Shown here piece by piece: positions 19,222-28,646 of a stretch of 58,812 nt of DNA (positions are counted from its first letter, which is position 1; every line of letters begins with the position of its first letter). Origin of the DNA: Pseudomonadota bacterium (GTDB lineage: Bacteria > Pseudomonadota > Gammaproteobacteria > Burkholderiales > JALYOK01); contig JANOLP010000197.1 in NCBI GenBank assembly GCA_031419835.1, positions 1-58,812 of the forward strand, read 5' to 3'. Below the pieces are notes generated by a model. It worked only from the letters and a program-made list of their open reading frames with translations. It had not been told where the DNA came from and made no database searches. A program made the position numbers and the translations under genes.

Positions 19222-20517
19222 ATGAGCCTCCCATTTTTTATACGCCTATTGCTGTTGTCGTTTTGCTTCGCTGCGGCACCGGCCATCGCCGGCGCCAAAG
19301 TCACGTCGGCGCGAATTTGGCCGGCGCCTGATTACACCCGCGTCACGCTTGAGTCGAAAGAGGCGCTCAAATTCAATTCTTTCACGCTGAAAAATCCCGA
19401 TCGTCTGGTGGTGGATGTCGAAGCGGATATGGACGAGGTGCTAAGCAGCCTGTCGGGCAAAGTCGTGATGGACGATCCGTACATCAATCTAGTTCGCGTC
19501 GCGCGCTTTAAGGCGAACACGGTGCGATTAGTGCTCGATCTGAAGGGCGAGGTGAAGCCAAACGTGTTTCTGTTGCCTCCAGTGGGCGAATACGGTTTTC
19601 GTTTGGTGATCGACATCAATCCCATCGCTGCACCCGATCCGTTGCTGCTGGTACTTGGCAAAGATGGCTTGCCGAGCGAACCAGCGCCGCCGAAAGAAGT
19701 CGAGACGCAAGCGAAAGATTGGGTGCCGCCTGAGGTTCCTTCGAAGAGTGACAACAGCGACAAAAAGCCGCTGCCCAGCAAATCGAAGCCCTTGATCGAT
19801 CGGCTCGTGACGATCGTTATCGACGCCGGTCATGGCGGCGAAGATCCCGGCGCGCGCGGCGCCAATGGCAGCCAAGAAAAAGATGTCACCCTCGCCATCG
19901 CGCAATTGTTGAAAGACAAAATCGACCGCCAAGGGAACATGCGCGCGGTGTTAACGCGCGAAGGCGATTACTACATCGCGCTCGGTCAGCGCGTCGATAA
20001 AGCGCGCCGCGTGCAAGCGGATTTGTTCGTCTCGATTCACGCCGATGCATTCATCCGCCCGAACGCCCGCGGCTCGTCGGTGTTTGCGTTGTCCGAGCGC
20101 GGCGCCACGTCGACGCTAGCGCGCTGGCTGGCGAAACAAGAAAATTCCGCGGATCTCATAGGCGGCGTGAATTTGAAACAGAAAGATCCGTACCTTGCGC
20201 GCACCTTGCTCGATCTTTCGCAAACGGCAACGATCAACGATAGTCTGCGCCTTGGCCGCGCGGTGTTGAGCGAAATCGGCGACATTAATCGATTGCATCG
20301 TGGCGAGGTCGAGCAAGCCGGCTTTGCAGTGCTAAAGGCGCCGGACATTCCGTCAATCTTGGTCGAGACGGCGTTCATCAGCAATCCGGAAGAAGAACGC
20401 CGGCTCAACGATCCGGTCTATCAATCGAAGCTTGCCGATTCGATTGTTAACGGCATTAAGCGCTATCTGGCAAAAAATCCGGCGTTGGCGAAATCTAAAA
20501 TCGCGGCCGTCGAGTAG
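19222..20517 (+). CDS. N-acetylmuramoyl-L-alanine amidase (AmiB/AmiC type, N-terminal AMIN domain)
   Basis: Signal peptide, AMIN-like ARIWPAPDYTRVTLES, and amidase_3 core IVIDAGHGGEDPGA...SIHADA...VETAFISN. Confidence 0.9.
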   Translation: MSLPFFIRLLLLSFCFAAAPAIAGAKVTSARIWPAPDYTRVTLESKEALKFNSFTLKNPDRLVVDVEADMDEVLSSLSGKVVMDDPYINLVRVARFKANTVRLVLDLKGEVKPNVFLLPPVGEYGFRLVIDINPIAAPDPLLLVLGKDGLPSEPAPPKEVETQAKDWVPPEVPSKSDNSDKKPLPSKSKPLIDRLVTIVIDAGHGGEDPGARGANGSQEKDVTLAIAQLLKDKIDRQGNMRAVLTREGDYYIALGQRVDKARRVQADLFVSIHADAFIRPNARGSSVFALSERGATSTLARWLAKQENSADLIGGVNLKQKDPYLARTLLDLSQTATINDSLRLGRAVLSEIGDINRLHRGEVEQAGFAVLKAPDIPSILVETAFISNPEEERRLNDPVYQSKLADSIVNGIKRYLAKNPALAKSKIAAVE

Positions 20518-20648
20518 ATTTTTTCGTCGCGCCAGGAGCCGCATGGTTATTGCCCCGTGGCATGGCCTGGTCTGAGAGCGGGTCTGGTATTTCCTCTTAG
20601 AACAGGCGCCAAAAATAATCAGTAGTTCGCCGCATACTGGTGCGCCGT

Positions 20649-20654
20649 TATAAT
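20649..20654 (+). promoter_or_regulatory. Candidate -10 box (TATAAT) 9 nt upstream of the mutL ATG
   Basis: Perfect TATAAT with TTCGCC 17 nt upstream. No Shine-Dalgarno before ATG 20664. Confidence 0.3.
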
Positions 20655-20663
20655 GTTGCACCG

Positions 20664-22427
20664 ATGGCGCGCATTCAACTTCTTCCCGATATTCTGATCA
20701 GTCAAATCGCCGCCGGCGAAGTGGTGGAGCGGCCCGCGTCTGCTTTGAAAGAACTAATCGAGAATGCACTGGATTCTGGCGCGAGCACCATTGATGTCGA
20801 TCTTGTGCAAGGCGGTATAAAGCGCATCAGCGTCGGTGACGATGGCGCAGGCATCGACCGCGAAGATTTGGCCCTTGCGCTGTCGCGCCACGCGACTAGC
20901 AAGATCGCCTCGCTCGATGATTTGGAGCGCGTCGAGAGCTTAGGATTTCGTGGCGAAGCGTTGGCGAGTATCGCGTCGATCGCGAAAGTCTCGTTAACGA
21001 GTCGAGCACGATCGGCTGAGCATGGTTGGCGCGTCGACGGCACGGCCGATTCGCAAGCCTCCCCCGCTGCTCGTGGCAGCGGTACAACGGTGACCGTAGA
21101 CGATTTGTATTTCAACACGCCGGCACGACGAAAATTTTTGAAAACCGAGTTAACGGAATTCGGCCATTGCGAAGAAGTATTTCGCCGCCTCGCGTTAAGC
21201 CGCCCCGACGTTGGATTTTCATTGAGCCACAACGGTCGACAGATCAATCATTTGCCCGCGGTGACAGGCGATCCCGACGCTCGCGTTCGCACACTACTCG
21301 GAAAAGAGTTTTACGCGCAATCAGTCGCGATTGGTGTCGAATCCGGCGGCACTGCGCTGACCGGCCTTGCCGCGCTACCGACGTTTAATCGTAGCGGCCG
21401 TGATGCGCAATATTTATTCGTTAATGGCCGCTTCGTGCGCGATAAATTGTTGAGTCACGCCGTGCGCCAGGCGTATCACGACGTGCTGCATCACGATCGT
21501 CACCCGGCCTACGTGTTGTTTTTGTCGCTCGATCCGACGCTTGTAGATGTCAATGTTCATCCGGCGAAAACGGAAGTACGATTTCGCGACGGTCAGGCGA
21601 TTCATCGCTTCGTGTTTCACGGGTTAGAGCGTTCATTGGCACAGCCACGTAATAACGCCGTGCCTTCGCCGAACAATGAACCGGAAGTAAACCGCAACGC
21701 TTGGCCGCAAACCTATGCGCCACTTCGTCATCAAGGTGAATTGCAAGTGCAGCAGCCGATGGCGTTTTACGAAACCATGTTCGCTGGCTTGCGCGAAACG
21801 GCGACGGCGAAAGCGCCAACCCATTCATTTGCGTCAGAGCCAACGCCGGAGCTAGGTTTCGCGTTGGCGCAGTTAAGCGGCATTTATATCCTTGCGCAAA
21901 ATAAAAATGGATTGGTCGTCGTCGATATGCATGCTGCCCACGAGCGCGTGATGTACGAAAAACTCAAAGCCGCCGCGAACCGCGCTGAGCTCGCCTCGCA
22001 GCCGTTGTTAATTCCCGTCACATTTAGCGCCGATTCGCTCGACGTTGCGACCGCGAGCGAGGAGAGCGAAAAGCTGCAGGAATTCGGATTGGATGTCGGC
22101 GTATTGTCGCCAACGGCCTTGGCGGTGCGCTCGGTGCCGGCATTGCTGAAAGACGCCGACGCTGCGGAATTAACCAAAAGCGTGCTCGCCGAGTTGCGCG
22201 AATTCGGCGCCTCGCGCGCGCTCACGGAGCGGCGTAATGAATTGCTCTCGACTATGGCGTGCCATGGCGCGGTGCGCGCTAACCGGCAACTCACGGTACC
22301 GGAGATGAACGCGTTACTGCGTGAAATGGAACGCATCGATCGTTCCGATCAATGCAATCACGGCCGGCCGACGTGGTTTCAAATCACGATCGACGAACTT
22401 GATCGCATGTTTATGCGCGGCCGATGA
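20664..22427 (+). CDS. mutL: DNA mismatch repair protein MutL
   Basis: [45 protein letters not shown]-terminus and a C-terminal dimerisation domain. Confidence 0.95.
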   Translation: MARIQLLPDILISQIAAGEVVERPASALKELIENALDSGASTIDVDLVQGGIKRISVGDDGAGIDREDLALALSRHATSKIASLDDLERVESLGFRGEALASIASIAKVSLTSRARSAEHGWRVDGTADSQASPAARGSGTTVTVDDLYFNTPARRKFLKTELTEFGHCEEVFRRLALSRPDVGFSLSHNGRQINHLPAVTGDPDARVRTLLGKEFYAQSVAIGVESGGTALTGLAALPTFNRSGRDAQYLFVNGRFVRDKLLSHAVRQAYHDVLHHDRHPAYVLFLSLDPTLVDVNVHPAKTEVRFRDGQAIHRFVFHGLERSLAQPRNNAVPSPNNEPEVNRNAWPQTYAPLRHQGELQVQQPMAFYETMFAGLRETATAKAPTHSFASEPTPELGFALAQLSGIYILAQNKNGLVVVDMHAAHERVMYEKLKAAANRAELASQPLLIPVTFSADSLDVATASEESEKLQEFGLDVGVLSPTALAVRSVPALLKDADAAELTKSVLAELREFGASRALTERRNELLSTMACHGAVRANRQLTVPEMNALLREMERIDRSDQCNHGRPTWFQITIDELDRMFMRGR

Positions 22428-23089
22428 TGGTGCAAGGCATTACTAAGCGTGCGAAATATTTGCTCGATGTGCCCACCGAATGGGAAACGTTGTCACTACT
22501 CTGCGGCGTCGATGAAGCGGGCCGTGGGCCACTCGCCGGGCCGGTCTACGCGGCGGCGGTGATCTTGAATCGCGATCGCCCGATTGATGGATTGGCGGAT
22601 TCAAAACAATTGAGCGAGGCTGCGCGAGATCGCTTAGCGGTAGAAATCAAAACTCACGCCAAGGCCTGGGCGATTGCCTTCGCGAGCGCGGAAGAAATCG
22701 ATCAGCATAATATTTTGCGCGCATCGTTGTTGGCGATGCGCCGCGCGGTGCTCGCGTTAAAGGTTACACCGCAACTAGTCGTCGCCGATGGAACCCACTG
22801 CCCGGTGCTCGACATTCCGGTTGCGGCCATCGTCAAAGGCGATAGCAAAGTCGCGGCGATTTCCGCTGCGTCGATATTGGCGAAGACGGCGCGCGATGCC
22901 GAGTTAATCGCATTGCACGAAAAATTCCCCGAGTACGGTTTCGCCGACCATAAAGGTTATCCTACGTCACAACATTTGCTGGCGCTAAATCGCCACGGCC
23001 CATGCAGCGAACATCGTCGCTCATTCGCGCCGGTGAAGGCGCTGCTGGTAGAATCCATTCAACACCAAATCTCGGAGATCGAACAATGA
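22424..23089 (+). CDS. rnhB: Ribonuclease HII
   Basis: [14 protein letters not shown] active-site motif. Start overlaps the mutL stop (ATGA). Confidence 0.9.
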   Translation: MMVQGITKRAKYLLDVPTEWETLSLLCGVDEAGRGPLAGPVYAAAVILNRDRPIDGLADSKQLSEAARDRLAVEIKTHAKAWAIAFASAEEIDQHNILRASLLAMRRAVLALKVTPQLVVADGTHCPVLDIPVAAIVKGDSKVAAISAASILAKTARDAELIALHEKFPEYGFADHKGYPTSQHLLALNRHGPCSEHRRSFAPVKALLVESIQHQISEIEQ

Positions 23090-23541
23090 AATGGTTATTG
23101 ATGGCCCATATCTTGGGCGTGACGGTGTGGGTCGGCGGCATGTTCTTCGCCTACATGGCGCTGCGTCCCGCGTCGGTCGAACTATTGGAAACGCCGGAGC
23201 GATTGATTCTGTGGAACGGCGTCCTGCGGCGATTCTTATCGTGGGTGTGGGTTACCGTGCTGCTGATTTTGGCCAGCGGCTTGGGCATGATTATGATGCT
23301 CGGCGGGTTTGCCAAGGTGCTGTGGCCGATTCATTTAATGTTCGCGTTGGGCGTGATCATGATGCTGATTTTCGGGCACGTTTATTTCGCTGGTTATGCG
23401 CGCCTGAAACGTTATGTCGAGGGGCGCGAATGGCCCGCCGCGGGAAAAGCGCTGATTCAAATTCGTATGTTTATTGGGATGAATTTGATTATCGGGCTCG
23501 TTACCATCGTCCTTGCGACGTTGGGTTCGATGCATCACTGA
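23086..23541 (+). CDS. Small 4-TM inner-membrane protein (CopD-like), function unknown
   Basis: 151-aa ORF with four hydrophobic segments. ATG 23086 overlaps the rnhB stop (ATGA). Family assignment is from memory only. Confidence 0.55.
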   Translation: MKWLLMAHILGVTVWVGGMFFAYMALRPASVELLETPERLILWNGVLRRFLSWVWVTVLLILASGLGMIMMLGGFAKVLWPIHLMFALGVIMMLIFGHVYFAGYARLKRYVEGREWPAAGKALIQIRMFIGMNLIIGLVTIVLATLGSMHH

Positions 23542-23572
23542 GGGATGTGAATTCCCGTCGTCTCTTCCTCTT

Positions 23573-23739
23573 GTCATTCCCGCGTAGGCGGGAATCCATT
23601 TGGCACTTGATCTTGCAACAGCACTATGGGTTCCCGCCTGCGCGGGAATGACAAACTTAACGCATCCGCTTGGCACTTGATCTTGCAACAGTACTATGGA
23701 TTCCCGCCTGCGCGGGAATGACAAACTTAACGCATCCGC
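23573..23739. repeat. REP-like hairpins (GTCATTCCCGCG..GCGGGAAT) plus a 70-bp tandem duplication
   Basis: One forward hairpin (23573-23599). Two 70-bp units (23600-23669, 23670-23739) differ at 2 positions, and each carries the inverted hairpin. Confidence 0.85.
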
Positions 23740-24911
23740 TCCAACGCAATCGCCGTCGCCTCGCCGCCGCCAATACAAAGCGACGCGACGCCGCGCTTCA
23801 AATCATACTTCTCCAACGCAGCGAGGAGCGTCACCATAATCCGTGCGCCCGACGCGCCGATGGGATGGCCGAGCGCGCACGCGCCGCCATGAACATTGAC
23901 CTTGTCGTGCGGTAAACTGAGATCGCGCATCGCGGCCATCGTGACGACCGCGAAGGCTTCGTTGATTTCGAATAAATCGACTTCTTTCGCCGACCAGTTG
24001 GTCTTTTCGAATAATTTTTTCATCGCAGCAACTGGCGCGGTGGTGAACCAGTTCGGCTCTTGCGCGTGGGTGGTGTGGGCGATGATGCGTGCGAGCGGTT
24101 TGAGGCCACGCTTTTCCGCGTCGGAAAGCCGCATCAATACTAGCGCTGCGGCGCCATCGGAAATGGAGCTGGAGTTGGCCGGCGTCACTGTGCCGTCTTT
24201 GCGAAACGCTGGTTTGAGCGTTGGAATTTTTTCCGGCTTCGCCGTCAACGGCTGCTCGTCCTGCGAAATGTTCACATCTTGTTTGCCGGCTTTCGTCGTG
24301 ATGCTTGCGATCTCTTTTGCAAAGCTGCCGTCGCGCGTGGCCTTGAGCGCGCGCGAAAGAGAGGCGATGGCAAATTCATCTTGCGCCTCGCGCGTGAATT
24401 CGTATTTGCTCGCGCAATCTTCGGCGAACGTGCCCATCAAGCGGCCTTTATCATAGGCGTCTTCCAAGCCATCGAGGAACATGTGGTCGATGACTTGCTG
24501 GTGACCCAAGCGCATGCCGCCGCGCGCTTTTGGCAATAAGTAAGGCGAGTTCGTCATGCTCTCCATACCGCCGGCGATCATGATTTCATTGCTGCCGGCG
24601 GTGATAATATCGTGGGCGAGCATTGCTGCTTTCATGCCCGAGCCGCACATTTTGCTGATCGTCGTGCAACCGGTCGATAGCGGAAGACCAGCGCCAATAC
24701 TGGCTTGGCGGGCAGGTGCCTGGCCGACGCCGGCCATTAAACAGTTGCCCATAATCACTTCTTGAATGTCGCTTGCTATGAGGCCAGCGCGTTCAACCGC
24801 TGCGCGAATGGTAGCGGCGCCCAATTCCGGCGCCGTGACATTTTGGAATACACCTTGGAAACCGCCCATGGCGGTTCGCGCGGCACCGACGATTACGATG
24901 GAATCTTGCAT
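23727..24911 (-). CDS. Acetyl-CoA C-acetyltransferase (thiolase II)
   Basis: 394 aa with active-site regions KMCGSGMKA, NVHGGACALGHPIGASGAR and CIGGGEA. Confidence 0.95.
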   Translation of the reverse strand: MQDSIVIVGAARTAMGGFQGVFQNVTAPELGAATIRAAVERAGLIASDIQEVIMGNCLMAGVGQAPARQASIGAGLPLSTGCTTISKMCGSGMKAAMLAHDIITAGSNEIMIAGGMESMTNSPYLLPKARGGMRLGHQQVIDHMFLDGLEDAYDKGRLMGTFAEDCASKYEFTREAQDEFAIASLSRALKATRDGSFAKEIASITTKAGKQDVNISQDEQPLTAKPEKIPTLKPAFRKDGTVTPANSSSISDGAAALVLMRLSDAEKRGLKPLARIIAHTTHAQEPNWFTTAPVAAMKKLFEKTNWSAKEVDLFEINEAFAVVTMAAMRDLSLPHDKVNVHGGACALGHPIGASGARIMVTLLAALEKYDLKRGVASLCIGGGEATAIALERMR

Positions 24912-24923
24912 GTAAGCTCCTAG

Positions 24924-25433
24924 CTAGTTTGTTTTGTTAAGTATGCGATCGAGAATAGTAAATCGATGTAAATAATCGTTCAATTCATTGGCCGGAAATT
25001 TTTCCTGCGACATTTCTTGCCAACCTTGACGATCAAGGCGCGGGAAGTGCGCATCGCCGTCGACTTCCGCATCGACTTCCGTTAGATAAATACGATCGAC
25101 GCGATCCAGCACTTGGCGATAAATTTCTGCACCGCCGATGAAGAAAATTTCCGGGTCGTCGCCGCAGGCGGTGATCGCGGCATCCACTGAGGGCACAACA
25201 ACCGCGCCGTCAAAGCGAAATTGCGGATTGCGCGAAACAATGACCGTCTTGCGGCCCGGCAATAAGCAGCCGATCGATTCAAACGTTTTGCGTCCCATGA
25301 CGATGTGGTGCGCCATGGTCAAAGCGCGAAAGCGTTTCAAGTCGATCGACAATCGCCAAGGAAGTTTATTGTCTTTGCCGATGACGCCGTTACGGGACAT
25401 GGCGACGATGAGGGAGAGTCTTTGTTCGTTCAA
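24924..25433 (-). CDS. folA: Dihydrofolate reductase
   Basis: LIVAMSRNGVIGKDNKLPW...VMGRKTFESIG...IGGAEIY pattern. 169 aa. Confidence 0.9.
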   Translation of the reverse strand: MNEQRLSLIVAMSRNGVIGKDNKLPWRLSIDLKRFRALTMAHHIVMGRKTFESIGCLLPGRKTVIVSRNPQFRFDGAVVVPSVDAAITACGDDPEIFFIGGAEIYRQVLDRVDRIYLTEVDAEVDGDAHFPRLDRQGWQEMSQEKFPANELNDYLHRFTILDRILNKTN

Positions 25434-25632
25434 TTTGATGCGCGTTTGAATTAAATTAAGTTGCGTTTCACAGTGCTATGCCCAGCGCTCATTATTTTCC
25501 TCTTTTCAAGCAATCCTGTCGACGCAAGCAAGTCGCAGGCGCGAAATAAAGCAATGGCCTGGAAGGCGCATGGATATTGGCTCGCAGGCCAGTATTTGCC
25601 GGAAGGCGCGCCGGTATTACCTCCTGGCACGA

Positions 25633-25901
25633 TGTCATTGCGAGCGACGCGAAGCAATCTCGCTTTTTTACAGCGCTAAATTGAGATCGCCGCGTCGCCC
25701 GTAGGGATCCTTTCCATGAACCCTATCGGGATCATCACCTTTAACATGTCATCCTGAACGCAGTGAAGGATCTGCTTTTTTACGGCGGCTAAAGCAGATC
25801 CTTCGCGTTGCTCAGGATGACATGTGGAAGTGGACGCAAGAACGCCAGCGGTTCATGGTCCGTGGGCGGTATTAGCGCCGATACAGGCCGCTCGCGATGA
25901 C
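25633..25901. repeat. Modular palindromic MITE/REP-like composite element, copy 1
   Basis: Bounded by GTCATTGCGAG / CTCGCGATGAC. Contains a 78-bp near-perfect hairpin (25746-25823) flanked by CCATGAACC / GGTTCATGG boxes. Aligns by eye with 56909-57185 (inverted) and 52023-52199. Confidence 0.85.
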
Positions 25902-25908
25902 CCAATAT

Positions 25909-27168
25909 TTAGGGCTTAGCGGGAATTTTGTTTTCCCGTGTCTTGCCGTCCAACAAACACGCAATATTCATATCGCCCATCATGTTCACCACCGTGCGGC
26001 AACGATCGAGAAACCAATCGACGGTGAGCAGAATCGCGATGTATTCGATCGGCAAGCCGACCGCTTTGAACACCATGGTCATCGTGACCAGACCCGCCTC
26101 GGGAATGCCCGCTGCGCCCACGGACGCGAACACGCTGGTGATGACGACTAAAAATTGTTGCGTGTAGGTGAGTTCCATGCCCAACATTTGGGCGATGAAT
26201 AGCGCCGCCATGGCTTCGTAGAGCGCCGTGCCGTCGTTATTGAAGTTCGATGCGACCAGCGCGCCAAGACTTGCCGATTGTTCGCGCAGACCGACGCGAT
26301 CTTTCAGGCAGGCGTAGGTAACCGGTGATGTTGCCGTAGAACTTGCGGTGGAGAATGCCATCACCATCGCGTCGCGCGCGCCGCGTAACAGGTCAGTGGG
26401 TTTTACCCACGATCCGAATCGAACACGCAAAAGATAGTAGGTCGCCTGAAGCAACAAGGCGACGATCACCGCGATAACAAACCAGCCGAGCGCTTTGAAA
26501 TCGGAGAGTCCTTTAGTTCCGACAATACTTGCGACGATGCCAAACACCGCGATCGGAATGACTTCAATCACCCAACGCAATATGGTGATGATCGCGCCGA
26601 ATCCGATGTCGGCCAGATCCATCACGTTGCGAATCGGCGTTTCGCGAAAGCGGCGCAACGCAATGCCGAAGGCAATGGCGATGAAGATCACGCCGATGAC
26701 TTTGCCGTCGTCGCCGAGAGGCCCGAGCAAACTTTTCGGCACGTTGTCGAGTAATTGCTGAATGGGATCGGGCCCCGATTTGCCGCTCGTTTGGCTTTCC
26801 GGCAGGGTAATTTTCGCGGCGCTACCGGGTTCAATGACATTCGCGACAAAAAGCCCTATCAATATTGCCACGAGGGTATTGAGTAACAGCAAGCCAGCAA
26901 TACGTAGGCCAATTTGGCCCTTTAGTTCTACGCGCAATAGCGCGCGAATCACCGCGACCAGAATCAACGCCGGTGCAAGGGCGCCAAGCAAGCGCAATAC
27001 GAGTTTCGCCGGAATGGCTAGCCAGCCGACGCTCGTCCCGAACGTGAGGCCAACAATAACGCCGAGCACCAGCGCGCCGAGAATGCGCAGATAAAGCGGA
27101 AAAGCGCGCCAGCGTCCCCATAGGCTGGCCGTCTTCTCGGGTGCTTGAAATAAGAATTCGTCGTTCAC
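25909..27168 (-). CDS. Dicarboxylate/amino acid:cation symporter (DAACS/GltP family)
   Basis: 419 aa, multi-TM, with the conserved SSTATSPVT and NNDGTALYEAMAALFIAQ segments. GTG start. Confidence 0.9.
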   Translation of the reverse strand: MNDEFLFQAPEKTASLWGRWRAFPLYLRILGALVLGVIVGLTFGTSVGWLAIPAKLVLRLLGALAPALILVAVIRALLRVELKGQIGLRIAGLLLLNTLVAILIGLFVANVIEPGSAAKITLPESQTSGKSGPDPIQQLLDNVPKSLLGPLGDDGKVIGVIFIAIAFGIALRRFRETPIRNVMDLADIGFGAIITILRWVIEVIPIAVFGIVASIVGTKGLSDFKALGWFVIAVIVALLLQATYYLLRVRFGSWVKPTDLLRGARDAMVMAFSTASSTATSPVTYACLKDRVGLREQSASLGALVASNFNNDGTALYEAMAALFIAQMLGMELTYTQQFLVVITSVFASVGAAGIPEAGLVTMTMVFKAVGLPIEYIAILLTVDWFLDRCRTVVNMMGDMNIACLLDGKTRENKIPAKP

Positions 27169-27239
27169 TGGATCGATGTTGAGATTGACGAACGTATGCT
27201 AGCACCTTGGCGGCCTTGAGTCGCCATATCCTACCTAAC

Positions 27240-27366
27240 CATGTGGGGACGCGACGTCTTCAAGTCGGCTACGATTCCTTCGTGTTGGTTTCTCCTCACT
27301 CCTAGACAGCACACTGCCTCCAGTGCAGGAGTGTTCGCGCCCCGCCCATCGCGGGGCGTTATTTTT
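27240..27366 (+). ncRNA. Candidate small RNA ending at an intrinsic terminator
   Basis: Two hairpins (27297-27333 and 27338-27358) followed by TTATTTTT. There is no + strand CDS upstream. The 5' end is not defined. Confidence 0.3.
27338..27366 (+). terminator. Rho-independent terminator, + strand orientation
   Basis: 8-bp GC stem CGCCCCGC/GCGGGGCG, 5-nt loop, then TTATTTTT. Confidence 0.6.
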
Positions 27367-27527
27367 CCAGTCTCAAATAAGGCAATCTCAAATTGCCCGC
27401 AAACCAGTGTCGGCCATCGCGGAAATACTTTAGATCTTGCGCCAGATTGGGATCGACGATGAGTAGATGGAAACAGTCATTTTCTCGCCCTGCTGCAGGC
27501 CAACGGGTGCGAATTCCTCACCCGGTC

Positions 27528-28646
27528 CTAGTGATCGTGTCGATGATGCGCACTCAACGCATCTAGGCCAAAATCAGCCACCGGATCGCGCCAGACCGTA
27601 TGCACATGATTTGCGTCGCGGGTGGTGTTGTCGTATTCGACCAACAAGCGTTGGCCTTGAATACGATAGTAGTGCGGCTTTCCAGACGTTAAACTGCCAG
27701 CCCATGCCAAATGCAAGCCACCGAAACTATCGCCGTTGATGCGGGCACTCTCACGTTCGGCGATGCTGTCAGGCATCCGTTGCACATAAGTTGCAAGTAA
27801 TGCGCGCAATATTTCTTGCTGGGCTGACGTCATTGTGGCGGCAGCAAGTCCCTTTGGCTGGGTAGTGAAACGCACGGCGTCGATATGTGCCGCAGTCAAA
27901 CCGATTTTTGCTTCTTCGTTAGTTTGGATGGTATTCATCAAGTCGAGCAATTCACCGGTAAATTCATTGCGCCATATTTTGCGCAGGTGGGGCGGGGTGT
28001 CGCCGTGTTGAACAACGCTGCGATTTCCACCGACTAAATCGACCGGCGGAACCGGCGATAGCACGGCGGTAGCGCGTTGTTCGTCGTTCAATGAATGTAG
28101 CAACTCGAACGCGATGTCGGCTGAGCCGGCGAGCGGCCGCAGTAGGTGACCACCCAGCATCGGCGAGCTAGCAGGATCGGCGCCAAAAAAACATGGCGTG
28201 AATGCGCGCAGCTCGCCGCTGACGATGGTGTGGTGAATCGAAATGTGATGACCGCCAAAGCGCCATGACCACGTATCCGCGCCCGGCGTGCCGAAAATGC
28301 GTAGGTAATAGCGCGTTGGATCGCGGCCGCGTTCGTGGCCGAAGCCGACGCGAAAACCTTCTAGTTCGTCGAGGATATTTTCCAGACCCATGATGCTGGC
28401 GGCGGTGACGTAACCGGCGCGCGATAAACCGGTAGACAATAAACGCATCACGTGGCGATGTTGCGCCGGACGCATTTCACTAAATGTCAGGCCGCCGTGA
28501 TCGGTCGGCGTGTAATACCAGCGTTGCCGCTCTTCGTCCGACGGGAAATCCCATTGCGCGACCTTGCGCTGTTCGGGCGATAGCGAATCGAGCAGCGTTT
28601 GCGCGGCATCGGCCATACGCGCCACAATTTCGCGATCGTCGCTCAT
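27528..28646 (-). CDS. DUF3500 family protein
   Basis: 372 aa from ATG 28646, which overlaps the upstream stop (ATGA). YYLRIFGTPG...WSWRFGGHHISIHH segment as I recall it for DUF3500. No signal peptide. Confidence 0.75.
   Translation of the reverse strand: MSDDREIVARMADAAQTLLDSLSPEQRKVAQWDFPSDEERQRWYYTPTDHGGLTFSEMRPAQHRHVMRLLSTGLSRAGYVTAASIMGLENILDELEGFRVGFGHERGRDPTRYYLRIFGTPGADTWSWRFGGHHISIHHTIVSGELRAFTPCFFGADPASSPMLGGHLLRPLAGSADIAFELLHSLNDEQRATAVLSPVPPVDLVGGNRSVVQHGDTPPHLRKIWRNEFTGELLDLMNTIQTNEEAKIGLTAAHIDAVRFTTQPKGLAAATMTSAQQEILRALLATYVQRMPDSIAERESARINGDSFGGLHLAWAGSLTSGKPHYYRIQGQRLLVEYDNTTRDANHVHTVWRDPVADFGLDALSAHHRHDH

Noticed and set aside
23601-23616. Sigma-54-like motif TGGCAC-N-TTGC inside each 70-bp unit (also at 23671).
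   Set aside because: The GG to GC spacing is 11 nt rather than the required 10. The motif points antisense into the thiolase gene and is part of a repeat.
23600-23739. The two 70-bp direct repeats as a possible mini-CRISPR array.
   Set aside because: There are only two contiguous units with no unique spacers. The units contain REP hairpins and part of the thiolase 3' end. No cas genes are present in the window.
25451-25679. Small ORFs (68 and 72 aa) upstream of folA, and similar ORFs across the other repeat loci (for example 23335-23778, 51853-52074, 56910-57230).
   Set aside because: They run through palindromic repeat DNA, occur on both strands at the same place, and give the stereotyped repeat-derived peptides (VILSNAKDL, SFPRRRESI).
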